A DNA stretch of 62,052 nt, filler included, from Nemertoderma westbladi (Eukaryota; Animalia; Xenacoelomorpha), in NCBI GenBank assembly GCA_032718475.1. It is 3 parts of 3 records of this genome, joined end to end, with 100 filler letters (N's around TTAATTAATTAA, not from the genome) between each part and the next. Parts side by side here need not be neighbours in the genome. Positions count along the whole stretch, not along the records: positions 1 to 31,645 come from JAUCBJ010005247.1; positions 31,746 to 57,828 come from JAUCBJ010004397.1; 1 more part is not named here. One strand, given 5' to 3'. The notes beneath the pieces were generated by a model. The model was not told the origin of the DNA. It worked only from the letters and a program-made list of their open reading frames with translations, and did not search any database. A program made the translations under genes and the position numbers. Shown here piece after piece: positions 27,139 through 40,500 of the stretch. Numbering within the stretch: position 1 is the first letter of the stretch; every line of letters begins with the position of its first letter.

Positions 27139-28290
27139 TGTAATGGATTCCTATGGAGAATAATCCGTACGTGATTTTAGAGATTAGGCATTGCGGACCA
27201 GTAAGAAGTGCACAGCACACATGCAGACTGAAGACAGGTAGACCTACTTAAAAGCGATATGATTTAAAGAGTGCAGCTGCCACTACCTCATGGCAAATAA
27301 ACATTGTAGGTCCAGGATGAGTGACAGATGATGTCCTTCAGCCCCGGGATGCGCCACAGCGCATCCCGCGCCGGGCGGCCAGTGTCAGTTTAGTACAATA
27401 AGTACTAACTGACACTGGCCGCCCGGTTGGACTTAGATTAATTACTGGCACCCCGTCGCACTCGCTGACACGTGGTTTGACTAACTGCCACTAGGTTGGA
27501 CTTGTTGGCACTTGGCTGCATATGGTTAGGTTAACTATATAATGGCCCCGAAACAGCGAAAGTAAAGGTATATTATATGTTAATAAAAATTCACAAAGAA
27601 GGACAGACTACAGGACTGACGACTGCAGGACTGACTACGACAGTTTTCAATATCTGTGCGATTGTTTATTCCCTTAGCATTCCCATTGCTGCTTCTATCA
27701 GTCTATACTATGTTAGTTCCATATACTGCAGCAACCAACAACATTCTATAGCCAGGTTGGTGGAAAAACAGTTCAAAAATAAATCACGGTTGGTTAGATT
27801 TCCAAGCGGCGTCAAGAACAGTTAACTGGTTAATAGGTACTGCACTGCTGGCGCATCCCGGGGCTGGCAGACACCGGTTGTCACTCTCCTGGACCTGTCC
27901 CTGCATTGTTTATTTGACATAGGTAGCGGCAGCCTCACTCTTTAAATCACTTAGCTTTAAGTAGGCCTACCTGTCTGAAGTCTGCATGTGTGCAGATAGC
28001 ACTTCTTACTGTTCCGCAATGCCTAAACTTTAAAATCACATACAGATTATTCTCCATAGGAATCCATTACATACGCACATACGCGTATGTACATATGGAT
28101 ACGGTGAAAAGTTATACCCTCTTCAGTCTGCATGTGTGCTGTCGCTGTGCACTTATTACTGGTCCGCAATGCCTAATCTCTAAAAGCACATACGGATTAT
28201 TCTCCATAGGAATCCATTACATACGCGTATGTACATATGGATACGGCAAATGCATACGGATACGGATAGGGCGAAAAGTTATACCCTCGT
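27139..28290. mobile_element. Foldback/MITE-like element: ~220-bp inverted arms (27139-27357 / 27848-28071), nested internal hairpins and a duplicated right end (28120-28290)
   Basis: TGTAATGGATTCCTATGGAGAATAATC... is inverted as ...GATTATTCTCCATAGGAATCCATTACA at 28071 and 28221. Internal hairpins at 27345-27368 and 27371-27426. Confidence 0.75.
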
Positions 28291-28639
28291 TGCGGTAACT
28301 GATTGTCTATATGTCAACTGTGAATTCAACAGGAAATTACAGTAATTTTTTAACATTGTTTAAATGGGCTGCAGTAAACCGCGTGGTCTACCACACAACT
28401 CTGTTGGGTCGTTCACAGTCAGCGGTGATCGGGGTGTGATTGGATGTGAACGGGGCTTAAGGATGCTTGTAAAATCACAGCTTCAATAGAAACGTCTCTG
28501 TAAAGGATTTCAACTTGCGTAACTCTTTTTTCACTTGATTATTGCTCTTCAGTGGTTGTGATGGGATTTTTGCACAACCTATCACTGCTAGAACTTTTCC
28601 AAGTAAAAACCTTTCCGGGATCTGAAGCGTGGTATTCTA

Positions 28640-29086
28640 TACAGTCTTAAAGTCGCCACTAGAATAGGTCTTCGCCGCCGAGGATAAATGCCATCATGCT
28701 TGTCCCACATTTGATATCTTGCTGGTTGATATCTTCATTGTGCATCTCTGCAGAGTACAACCCTAATATAATGCCAAAATATGCTGACAGTCTAAAACTG
28801 GTGTCATGGCAGTGTCATATCCACGCAAGAAATCACGCATAATATCTTCTCCAACTCCCGACCCTGTCTTCAGAATCTTTGCGTTATAAAGGATCCGAAT
28901 TACAGTGCTTGGAAGGTGGTTGCCACGGATTTAATTCGTATACGTTTTCAAGAAATCAAAGATAAACATCCTTCCGGTAACCGGATAACTTATCTGTACC
29001 AGTGCAGCCTCCTTCTCATGGGGATCCTTGGGCAGACTTATCTTATCAGCATTAACATATTGCTGTTCATCTGCTTGTGGAGGTCC
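28640..29086 (-). pseudogene. Decayed DnaQ-like (WRN/EXD2/DEDDy-type) 3'-5' exonuclease fragment
   Basis: Manual translation gives EAALVQISYPVTGRMFIFDFLK...*...LPSTVIRILYNAKILKTGSGVGEDIMRDF...VLDCQ, then (frameshifted) W...LSSAAKTYSSGD, corresponding to the ExoII and ExoIII YxxxD regions. In-frame stops are present and the ExoI motif is absent. Confidence 0.65.
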
Positions 29087-29197
29087 ATAGATTAACTCAG
29101 TTGTCCAATAGATTAACTAACTTACCCAATAGATTAACTAAGTTGTCCAATAGATTAACTCAGTTATCCAATAGATTAACTCAGTTATCCAATGGAT
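29087..29197. repeat. 21-bp tandem repeat, ~5 copies
   Basis: ATAGATTAACTCAGTT(G/A)TCCA units. Confidence 0.9.
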
Positions 29198-29449
29198 TAC
29201 ATCGACTTCACTAACCCCGCTGGAATGAGGTCGCCTGCAGATTCTTCCCTTGTTGTTGTTGTTGCTGTTTAGAACTGTTTTTTTGGGGCGACATTTTATC
29301 GTTACCATAGTTACCGTTATCCCCTCTCACTGCTCGGTTAACTCCTCGTCTTGTTCGGTTGCCAGGTTGGATTTCGTTGTCCCGATAACTACCCGGTTGT
29401 CCATCAATGCCATTGCAGCTATTCGCCAACCATTCTGTACAATAAGATC

Positions 29450-29850
29450 GTTAAACAGTTAGTTAGGTATTCCGTTAAACAGTTAGTTAGGCATTCGGAT
29501 AAACAGTTAGTTAGGCATTCCGATAAACAGTTAGTTAGGCATTCCGATAAACAGTTAGTTAGGTATTCCGTTAAACAGTTAGTTAGGCATTCCGTTAAAC
29601 AGTTAGTTAGGTATTCCGTTAAACAGTTAGTTAGGCATTCCGTTAAACAGTACATTTAGTTAGGCATTCCGTTAAACAGTTAGTTAGGCATTCCGTTAAA
29701 CAGTTAGTTAGGCATTCCGTTAAACAGTTAGTTAGGCATTCCGTTAAACAGTTAGTTAGGCATTCCGATAAACAGTTAGTTAGGCATTCCGTTAAACAGT
29801 TAGTTAGGCATTCCATGAAACAGTTAGTTAGGCATTCCGTTAAACAGTTA
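29450..29850. repeat. 24-bp minisatellite, array 1
   Basis: GTTAAACAGTTAGTTAGGCATTCC units. Confidence 0.97.
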
Positions 29851-29990
29851 AACTACACCACCACCAAACACAGTAAATATATCAGCCAAATACAGCAGTA
29901 AATAGACTTACAACTGTACCTACAGTAGACCGATATATTTAAATTGATTGTTTTTATGTTTATATATTATTATATAGGATATTATATTGG

Positions 29991-30695
29991 ATGTCGACAT
30001 TGATCACCGTTGGAATTCAAAACGACGAAATCAGACAGGATCTCCTGGCGAAATCACCGCCTTTAAACCATGAGGCGACTATTAAATTTTGTCGGACCGA
30101 AGAAGCGGCGCGAATACACAAGGACAAAGTTAAGAAAGTCCTAGCCCACGGTCCTTACAAGAACACTAGTTTGGCGGGAGCGACTTCAAAGTCAGGATCC
30201 CGTTTCTAAGAGATGGACAAGGAAGGGGATTATTTTTGAAAGGGGAAAGATGAGTAGAGATTACCACGTGAAATTACCATCCGGGAAAGTCTTATGGCGT
30301 AATCGTCGCTTCCTGCGACCATATCCAAGCTCCAGTGATTCCATAGAGACAAAGGATGAAACTCCTACGGAAACACCCAAATCAGCCTTGAGACGAGGAA
30401 CTCGAACACGTACTAAAACCGTTAGATTCCAATCTGATAAGGACCAATCGATCTTAATGGGGGGATGATGGAATTAGGTGATAAGGAGGAGACTCACCAA
30501 TTCAGATGGCTCGCCCCTGGAGGTTGGGCCTAGGACTGTATTAGGCTTAGGGCATAGCGAGATACTGGTGTTGGGGTATTTGAGTGCAGTAGTGCTTCGG
30601 CAGTACAGTAGTATATGTACTCTTATATATCTTATGAACTGAGTTCAAATATAATACCGATATGCAAGATCTTAAACCAGACAATCATTTCAACA
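29991..30695 (+). mobile_element. Internally deleted Gypsy LTR retrotransposon: gag fragment fused to integrase C-terminus, PPT and ~230-bp 3' LTR (30466-30695)
   Basis: Gag-like ITVGIQNDEIRQDLLAKSPPL...KFCRTEEAA. Integrase tail QDPVSKRW...SRDYHVKLPSGKVLWRNRRFLRP. PPT ATGGGGGGA, then TG...CAACA. Confidence 0.8.
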
Positions 30696-31034
30696 CCTAC
30701 ACCAATAACGTTGCCAGGCAACACTATTTACAGAATTCATAAATGTTGTATGGCAGCGCTTGTACCACAGTACTACACCGGTTGCCAGCTTTCTGGCAAC
30801 CCCGCGCCATCATCCGGCCCCCGAGCGCTCCTCCACTTGGTGCGGGAGCCCCGCAGACAGTGGGTGGCCCCTCTAATAATGGCCAACTGAACCCGCGTAC
30901 GGATCCAGCCCACTGTGACGCTATAGGGCCGCCCCCACGATCGGTGCAGCCGGTCTGCCACCACACGGAGAAGATGGTTCGCTTGCGGCGCGAGAACTCC
31001 GTCGCATGAGGCGACGAACAGTTAAACACAGCAA

Positions 31035-31352
31035 CCGATAAACAGTTAGTTAGGCATTCCGATAAACAGTTAGTTAGGTATTCCGTTAAACAGTTAGTTA
31101 GGCATTCCGTTAAACAGTTAGTTAGGTTATTCCGTTAAACAGTTAGTTAGGCATTCCGTTAAACAGTACATTTAGTTAGGCATTCCGTTAAACAGTTAGT
31201 TAGGCATTCCGTTAAACAGTTAGTTAGGCATTCCGTTAAACAGTTAGTTAGGCATTCCGTTAAACAGTTAGTTAGGCATTCCGATAAACAGTTAGTTAGG
31301 CATTCCGTTAAACAGTTAGTTAGGCATTCCATGAAACAGTTAGTTAGGCACT
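31035..31352. repeat. 24-bp minisatellite, array 2 (duplicate of array 1)
   Basis: Same unit and the same rare variants (AAACAGTACATTTAG, CCATGAAACAG) in the same order as 29450-29850. Confidence 0.97.
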
Positions 31353-31645
31353 CCATTGCTCCTTTATAACTTACCATTTACAGATAAACGCGCATTCCAT
31401 TGGTTGTCTCCATTCCCGCCTCTCGGCAGGTTATCTAAAGGAGGGTTAAGGTTACCCGGTCTGCTGTCGGCTGATTGGTTGTCGCCAGGGTTACCACGGC
31501 CCTGTTTGCGGCGCGTTTGACGGTTGTTTTTATTACCAGACGGCGCCAATATATTTGTCATTAAATCCTGTAAATCCTCACGCATAGAATGGTTGTACTC
31601 CGCTCTACAAGTCAAAGTCAAATATGAAAACGTTAAAAACAATAA

Positions 31646-31745
31646 NNNNNNNNNNNNNNNNNNNNNNNNNNNNNNNNNNNNNNNNNNNNTTAATTAATTA
31701 ANNNNNNNNNNNNNNNNNNNNNNNNNNNNNNNNNNNNNNNNNNNN
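31646..31745. other. Artificial contig spacer
   Basis: N44 + TTAATTAATTAA (stops in all six frames) + N44. Confidence 0.98.
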
Positions 31746-31780
31746 TAACGTTTTACTAATTCCACTTGATTCCTTGTTAG

Positions 31781-32279
31781 GCGCTCTTCCGTCCGGTTGC
31801 TATGATGGTTCCCGACTACGGGATGATTGCCGAGATCAGTCTCTACTCCTTCGGGTTCTCCGACGCTAAGCCGCTCTCCAGGAAGATCGTAACAACATTC
31901 AAACTGAGTTCCGAACAACTTAGTTCCCAGGACCATTACGACTTCGGTATGCGAGCAGTGAAAACCGTTATATCAGCCGCGGGAAATTTGAAACGAGAAA
32001 ATCCCGAGATGAGTGAACAGCTTATATGTCTGCGCGCCATTCGCGACGTCAATGTCCCCAAGTTCCTCGTCGACGATCTCAAGCTATTCAGTGGAATCGT
32101 TTCTGATCTTTTCCCCAAGATTAAAGAAGACCCTATTGATTACGGCGCCCTAGACGCTTCACTAAGGAAAGTTTGTAAGAAGTCCTTTCTGGAAGACGTG
32201 GAGGGTTTTATCGTGAAATGCATCCAACTGTACGAAACCACAGTGGTTCGGCACGGTCTCATGTTGGTGGGGCCGACAG
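31781..32279 (+). CDS. DNAH1: Axonemal dynein heavy chain exon (end of AAA1, lid, start of AAA2 P-loop)
   Basis: Acceptor TTGTTAG| and donor G|GTTAGT (phase 1). ALFRPVAMMVPDY...SSEQLSSQDHYDFGMRAVKTVISAAGNLKRENP...KCIQLYETTVVRHGLMLVGPT closely matches remembered DNAH1 sequence. Confidence 0.93.
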
Positions 32280-32954
32280 GTTAGTTTACCCTCTCAATGT
32301 AGCGGAGTCGAGTCGACAAGACGACCAAGTTCAGTAGGACATGTACTTATTGTACATTACGAATAAATCCGAATTGTATGAAATATGGTAGTTTGACCTC
32401 TCGATTAGTTGATGCGGGTAAAAATTCAATCTCTTAGTGTAATAAATGCGTTTGAAAAGATTTATCCTTCGAAATAACACCGCAGGTTCGCAGTTATTAA
32501 GCTTCCTTATACTGGTTTAATATTAATTGGTATCGATGGAAAGCTGGCCGTACAACGATTCCAAATATGTAAAAACATAATCATGAATATCGTTAAAAAT
32601 AATTGGAAATTTAATTGCCAAACATTCTAGAACCTAGTTATCTAAGGTAATTAATTATAGTGACCAAGCATTTTTCTACAAAAAATACAGTAGCCTCATC
32701 CAGGTGCTAAACCATGCACCTTTCGTACGCTAATTATATTTCAGCTATTTCTAAATCCAATTTTTTCAGCTTCAAAATCATTGGTGGATTGTGTAAGTCC
32801 ATATTTCCATCTATACAAATTAATCACTACTGTAAGCGCAAATTATATCATCGGTGCGACTTGTAAAACCTACTGAACACTTTCAAACGCTTGGAAAAAA
32901 TTATGGAAAACAAAATTATTAATTCTGACCTCTCAGGGGGCAAGACCTAACCTG

Positions 32955-33991
32955 CAGGCCTCCCAGAGTTTCATTTTTTCATTTTTTTCATTTTTTTCCT
33001 TTTTTTATTTTTTTTGGTCCATTTTCACACATTTTTTTCCTTTTTTTTTTGGTTCAGCAGATCAACTTCAGCTTGCTGTTGATATTTGATATTGACAAGG
33101 TTAGAACAGAGATTGACGGGCATAGATATGCCGATTTTTTTTTGAGTATAATATACTCAAAAAAAAATCGGCATATCTATGCCTTAATATATAATTATAT
33201 ATTTATTTTGACAAAACCACAAGCTAAGCTACCATTAAAATGCAGCCGTGGAGGGAACTTTAATATATTTATTTTCTGAGAGGGGGATATATTATAATAA
33301 TTGACACAAAACCCGCCTTGGTGAATTAACATTGTTGATTTTCAATTTAGGGAAAGGAACAGGTTGCAGTGGCAGTTTATTCTAACCAAAACAATATAGA
33401 AAGCCTATAACACGGTTACAGGTTCATTTCTGCTCGTAATCAACTGTTATTTGCACCCGTTTTCCCCTGGAGATTGTTGAATTTTGATTGCGTCTAAAAG
33501 CTTTTTGTTATTTATATAAATGTAGCCGCGACCGGAAATCCGTTCCAAAGTTTTTATGTCAAGTTTCAAACTAAAGTTATATTTACAAGCGTTTGATAAA
33601 CCTCTACCAATGACCACCAATCGGCCGAACTCAACCATCTCTGATAACTAGGCAAAAAATGTGAAAATTTCGTAATTGTTTTTAAACTGTTCTTATTTCA
33701 TTGATATGTTGATTTATAATAATTATATTGCCATTGTCGATGTTCTCATTCTGTGTTTCTACTATTTAACTTATTTTGATCCCTTACTGTCATTTAAAAC
33801 AGTGACGTTTATTAGTATTATAAGCTATAAGGTTAAAGATATGTAATGTTTACTATCCTTTTTTTTATAGATAATATCAATTCAGTATTTCCCTTTTTTT
33901 GAACTGCATCCTATCCTTTTTTTCCCTTTTTTTTGATAATATAAATTCCTTCTCTCCTTTTTTTCTTCGATTTTATTGGCTGGGAGGGCTG
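32955..33991. mobile_element. Probable non-autonomous DNA transposon (CAG-ended TIRs)
   Basis: CAGGCCTCCCAG ... CTGGGAGGGCTG. Flanks AACCTG/AACATG. TTCCTTTTTT subterminal motifs at both ends. Confidence 0.5.
33119..33183. repeat. Perfect 65-bp palindrome (32-bp arms, 1-nt centre)
   Basis: GGCATAGATATGCCGAT9GAGTATA-A-TATACTCA9TCGGCATATCTATGCC. Confidence 0.95.
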
Positions 33992-34516
33992 AACATGAAC
34001 ACAGTGGTCCAGAAACCCCGTTCTGTGACCAAAATTAATTAGTGAGTACACTTGTTATCCGATACAGGTTTTCGAGGGTGCTGAATAATTTGAGAATGGT
34101 CACGAATTATGAACACATGCCGTTGTGCCGTTGTATAGTCTGCACATACAATAAATAGTGCTACAATATCACAGAATTTGGTTCTAATGAGTTTTCAAAG
34201 GTACTGGAACGATTATCACATCGTTTAAAATTTTAAAGTGGTACAGTAATCACTGTTTATAGCATGTGGCACATCCCAAATGGCACAAAATATCAAAATC
34301 AATACTGCTTGACAAAAATATAATATTTTCAATTAATTCAATCAATTTTTACAGGTCTTCAAGGCTGCCAATGCGATTAAAAATGGTTTCGCATTCCGTA
34401 GCGCCATTTTCAGGTGCATGGCACGAAACATCAAAATCACTACCGCTTGATAGAAATATAAATTTTTCAGTTATTTTTAGGTTTTCAAGGATACTGAAGC
34501 GATTAAAAATGGTTTC

Positions 34517-37500
34517 ACTTGGATATAGGTGAATCTTGTTTTAACTTGGATATAGGTGAATCTTGTTTTAACTTGGATATAGGTGAATCTTGTTTTAACT
34601 TGGATATAGGTGAATCTTGTTTTAACTTGGATATAGGTGAATCTTGTTTTAACTTGGATATATAGGTGAATCTTGTTTTAACTTGGATATAGGTGAATCT
34701 TGTTTTAACTTGGATATAGGTGAATCTTGTTTTAACTTGGATATAGGTGAATCTTGTTTTAACTTGGATATAGGTGAATCTTGTTTTAACTTGGATATAG
34801 GTGAATCTTGTTTTAACTTGGATATAGGTGAATCTTGTTTTAACTTGGATATAGGTGAATCTTGTTTTAACTTGGATATATAGGTGAATCTTATTTTAAC
34901 TTGGATATAGGTGAATCTTGTTTTAACTTGGATATAGGTGAATCTTGTTTTAACTTGGATATATAGGTGAATCTTGTTTTAACTTGGATATAGGTGAATC
35001 TTGTTTTAACTTGGATATAGGTGAATCTTGTTTTAACTTGGATATAGGTGAATCTTGTTTTAACTTGGATATAGGTGAATCTTGTTTTAACTTGGATATA
35101 GGTGAATCTTGTTTTAACTTGAATATAGGTGAATCTTGTTTTAACTTGGATATAGGTGAATCTTGTTTTAACTTGGATATAGGTGAATCTTGTTTTAACT
35201 TGGATATAGGTGAATCTTGTTTTAACTTGGATATAGGTGAATCTTGTTTTAACTTGGATATAGTTGAATCTTGTTTTAACTTGGATATAGGTGAATCTTG
35301 TTTTAACTTGGATATAGGTGAATCTTGTTTTAACTTGGATATAGGTGAATCTTGTTTTAACTTGGATATAGGTGAATCTTGTTTTAACTTGGATATAGGT
35401 GAATCTTGTTTTAACTTGGATAAAGGTGAATCTTGTTTTAACTTGGATATAGGTGAATCTTGTTTTAACTTGGATATAGGTGAATCTTGTTTTAACTTGG
35501 ATATAGGTGAATCTTGTTTTAACTTGGATATAGGTGAATCTTGTTTTAACTTGGATATAGGTGAATCTTGTTTTAACTTGGATATAGGTGAATCTTGTTT
35601 TAACTTGGATATAGGTGAATCTTGTTTTAACTTGGATATAGGTGAATCTTGTTTTAACTTGGATATAGGTGAATCTTATTTTAACTTGGATATAGGTGAA
35701 TCTTATTTTAACTTGGATATAGGTGAATCTTGTTTTAACTTGGATATAGGTGAATCTTGTTTTAACTTGGATATAGGTGAATCTTGTTTTAACTTGGATA
35801 TAGGTGAATCTTGTTTTAACTTGGATATAGGTGAATCTTGTTTTAACTTGGATATAGGTGAATCTTGTTTTAACTTGGATATAGGTGAATCTTGTTTTAA
35901 CTTGGATATAGGTGAATCTTGTTTTAACTTGGATATAGGTGAATCTTGTTTTAACTTGGATATAGGTGAATCTTGTTTTAACTTGGATATAGGTGAATCT
36001 TGTTTTAACTTGGGTATAGGTGAATCTTGTTTTAACTTGGATATAGGTGAATCTTGTTTTAACTTGGATATAGGTGAATCTTGTTTTAACTTGGATATAG
36101 GTGAATCTTGTTTTAACTTGGATATAGGTGAATCTTGTTTTAACTTGGATATAGGTGAATCTTGTTTTTTTTTTGGATATAGGTGAATCTTGTTTTAACT
36201 TGGATATAGGTGAATCTTGTTTTAACTTGGATATAGGTGAATCTTGTTTTTTTTTGGATATAGGTGAATCTTGTTTTAACTTGGATATAGGTGAATCTTG
36301 TTTTAACTTGGATACAGGTGAATCTTGTTTTAACTTGGATACAGGTGAATCTTGTTTTAACTTGGATATAGGTGAATCTTGTTTTAACTTGGATATAGGT
36401 GAATCTTGTTTTAACTTGGATATAGGTGAATCTTGTTTTAACTTGGATATATAGGTGAATCTTATTTTAACTTGGATATAGGTGAATCTTGTTTTAACTT
36501 GGATATAGGTGCATCTTGTTTTAACTTGGATATAGGTGAATCTTGTTTTAACTTGGATATAGGTGAATCTTGTTTTAACTTGGATATAGGTGAATCTTGT
36601 TTTAACTTGGATATAGGTGAATCTTGTTTTAACTTGGATATGGGTGAATCTTGTTTTAACTTGGATATATAGGTGAATCTTGTTTTAACTTGGATATAGG
36701 TGAATCTTGTTTTAACTTGGATATAGGTGAATCTTGTTTTAACTTGGATATATAGGTGAATCTTGTTTTAACTTGGATAAGGTGAATCTTGTTTTAACTT
36801 GGATATAGGTGAATCTTGTTTTAACTTGGATATAGGTGAATCTTGTTTTAACTTGGATATAGGTGAATCTTGTTTTAACTTGGATATAGGTGAATCTTGT
36901 TTTAACTTGGATATATTTAGGTGAATCTTGTTTTAACTTGGATAAGGTGAATCTTGTTTTAACTTGGATATAGGTGAATCTTGTTTTAACTTGGATATAG
37001 GTGAATCTTGTTTTAACTTGGATATAGGTGAATCTTGTTTTAACTTGGATATAGGTGAATCTTGTTTTAACTTGGATATAGGTGAATCTTGTTTTAATTT
37101 GGATATAGGTGAATCTTGTTTTAACTTGGATATAGGTGAATCTTGTTTTAACTTGGATATAGGTGAATCTTGTTTTAACTTGGATATAGGTGAATCTTGT
37201 TTTAACTTGGATATAGGTGAATCTTGTTTTTTTTTTGGATATAGGTGAATCTTGTTTTAACTTGGATATAGGTGAATCTTGTTTTAACTTGGATACAGGT
37301 GAATCTTGTTTTAACTTGGATATAGGTGAATCTTGTTTTAACTTGGATATAGGTGAATCTTGTTTTAACTTGGATATAGGTGAATCTTGTTTTAACTTGG
37401 ATATAGGTGAATCTTGTTTTAACTTGGATATAGGTGAATCTTGTTTTAACTTGGATATAGGTGAATCTTGTTTTAACTTGGATATAGGTGAATCTTGTTT

Positions 37501-40500
37501 TAACTTGGATATAGGTGAATCTTGTTTTAACTTGGATATATAGGTGAATCTTGTTTTAACTTGGATATAGGTGAATCTTGTTTTAACTTGGATATAGGTG
37601 AATCTTGTTTTAACTTGGATATAGGTGAATCTTGTTTTAACTTGGATATAGGTGAATCTTGTTTTAACTTGGATATAGGTGAATCTTGTTTTAACTTGGA
37701 TATAGGTGAATCTTGTTTTAACTTGGATATAGGTGAATCTTGTTTTAACTTGGATATATAGGTGAATCTTATTTTAACTTGGATATAGGTGAATCTTGTT
37801 TTAACTTGGATATAGGTGAATCTTGTTTTAACTTGGATATATAGGTGAATCTTGTTTTAACTTGGATATAGGTGAATCTTGTTTTAACTTGGATATAGGT
37901 GAATCTTGTTTTAACTTGGATATAGGTGAATCTTGTTTTAACTTGGATATAGGTGAATCTTGTTTTAACTTGGATATAGGTGAATCTTGTTTTAACTTGG
38001 ATATAGGTGAATCTTGTTTTAACTTGGATATAGGTGAATCTTGTTTTAACTTGGATATAGGTGAATCTTGTTTTAACTTGGATATAGGTGAATCTTGTTT
38101 TAACTTGGATATAGGTGAATCTTGTTTTAACTTGGATATAGGTGAATCTTGTTTTAACTTGGATATAGGTGAATCTTGTTTTAACTTGGATATAGGTGAA
38201 TCTTGTTTTAACTTGGATATAGGTGAATCTTGTTTTAACTTGGATATAGGTGAATCTTGTTTTAACTTGGATATAGGTGAATCTTGTTTTAACTTGGATA
38301 TAGGTGAATCTTGTTTTAACTTGGATATATAGGTGAATCTTGTTTTAACTTGGATATAGGTGAATCTTGTTTTAACTTGGATATAGGTGAATCTTGTTTT
38401 AACTTGGATATAGGTGAATCTTGTTTTAACTTGGATATAGGTGAATCTTGTTTTAACTTGGATATAGGTGAATCTTGTTTTAACTTGGATATAGGTGAAT
38501 CTTGTTTTAACTTGGATATAGGTGAATCTTGTTTTAACTTGGATATATAGGTGAATCTTATTTTAACTTGGATATAGGTGAATCTTGTTTTAACTTGGAT
38601 ATAGGTGAATCTTGTTTTAACTTGGATATATAGGTGAATCTTGTTTTAACTTGGATATAGGTGAATCTTGTTTTAACTTGGATATAGGTGAATCTTGTTT
38701 TAACTTGGATATAGGTGAATCTTGTTTTAACTTGGATATAGGTGAATCTTGTTTTAACTTGGATATAGGTGAATCTTGTTTTAACTTGAATATAGGTGAA
38801 TCTTGTTTTAACTTGGATATAGGTGAATCTTGTTTTAACTTGGATATAGGTGAATCTTGTTTTAACTTGGATATAGGTGAATCTTGTTTTAACTTGGATA
38901 TAGGTGAATCTTGTTTTAACTTGGATATAGGTGAATCTTGTTTTAACTTGGATATAGGTGAATCTTGTTTTAACTTGGATATAGGTGAATCTTGTTTTAA
39001 CTTGGATATAGGTGAATCTTGTTTTAACTTGGATATAGGTGAATCTTGTTTTAACTTGGATATAGGTGAATCTTGTTTTAACTTGGATAAAGGTGAATCT
39101 TGTTTTAACTTGGATATAGGTGAATCTTGTTTTAACTTGGATATAGGTGAATCTTGTTTTAACTTGGATATAGGTGAATCTTGTTTTAACTTGGATATAG
39201 GTGAATCTTGTTTTAACTTGGATATAGGTGAATCTTGTTTTAACTTGGATATAGGTGAATCTTGTTTTAACTTGGATATAGGTGAATCTTGTTTTAACTT
39301 GGATATAGGTGAATCTTGTTTTAACTTGGATATAGGTGAATCTTGTTTTAACTTGGATATAGGTGAATCTTATTTTAACTTGGATATAGGTGAATCTTGT
39401 TTTAACTTGGATATAGGTGAATCTTGTTTTAACTTGGATATAGGTGAATCTTGTTTTAACTTGGATATAGGTGAATCTTGTTTTAACTTGGATATAGGTG
39501 AATCTTGTTTTAACTTGGATATAGGTGAATCTTGTTTTAACTTGGATATAGGTGAATCTTGTTTTAACTTGGATATAGGTGAATCTTGTTTTAACTTGGA
39601 TATAGGTGAATCTTGTTTTAACTTGGATATAGGTGAATCTTGTTTTAACTTGGATATAGGTGAATCTTGTTTTAACTTGGGTATAGGTGAATCTTGTTTT
39701 AACTTGGATATAGGTGAATCTTGTTTTAACTTGGATATAGGTGAATCTTGTTTTAACTTGGATATAGGTGAATCTTGTTTTAACTTGGATATAGGTGAAT
39801 CTTGTTTTAACTTGGATATAGGTGAATCTTGTTTTTTTTTGGATATAGGTGAATCTTGTTTTAACTTGGATATAGGTGAATCTTGTTTTTTTTTGGATAT
39901 AGGTGAATCTTGTTTTAACTTGGATATAGGTGAATCTTGTTTTAACTTGGATACAGGTGAATCTTGTTTTAACTTGGATACAGGTGAATCTTGTTTTAAC
40001 TTGGATATAGGTGAATCTTGTTTTAACTTGGATATAGGTGAATCTTGTTTTAACTTGGATATAGGTGAATCTTGTTTTAACTTGGATATATAGGTGAATC
40101 TTGTTTTAACTTGGATATAGGTGAATCTTGTTTTAACTTGGATATAGGTGAATCTTGTTTTAACTTGGATATAGGTGAATCTTGTTTTAACTTGGATATA
40201 GGTGAATCTTGTTTTAACTTGGATATAGGTGAATCTTGTTTTAACTTGGATATAGGTGAATCTTGTTTTAACTTGGATATAGGTGAATCTTGTTTTAACT
40301 TGGATATAGGTGAATCTTGTTTTAACTTGGATATAGGTGAATCTTGTTTTAACTTGGATATAGGTGAATCTTGTTTTAACTTGGATATAGGTGAATCTTG
40401 TTTTAACTTGGATATAGGTGAATCTTGTTTTAACTTGGATATAGGTGAATCTTGTTTTAACTTGGATATAGGTGAATCTTGTTTTAACTTGGATATAGGT

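Noticed and set aside
29351-31377. ECLTNCLT / KQLVRHSV repeat ORFs
   Set aside because: Read-through of a 24-bp minisatellite that contains frameshifting variants.
31646-31745. TTAATTAATTAA palindrome and linkage across the N gaps (also 57829-57928)
   Set aside because: The identical spacer occurs twice and is a concatenation artefact. No synteny can be inferred across it.
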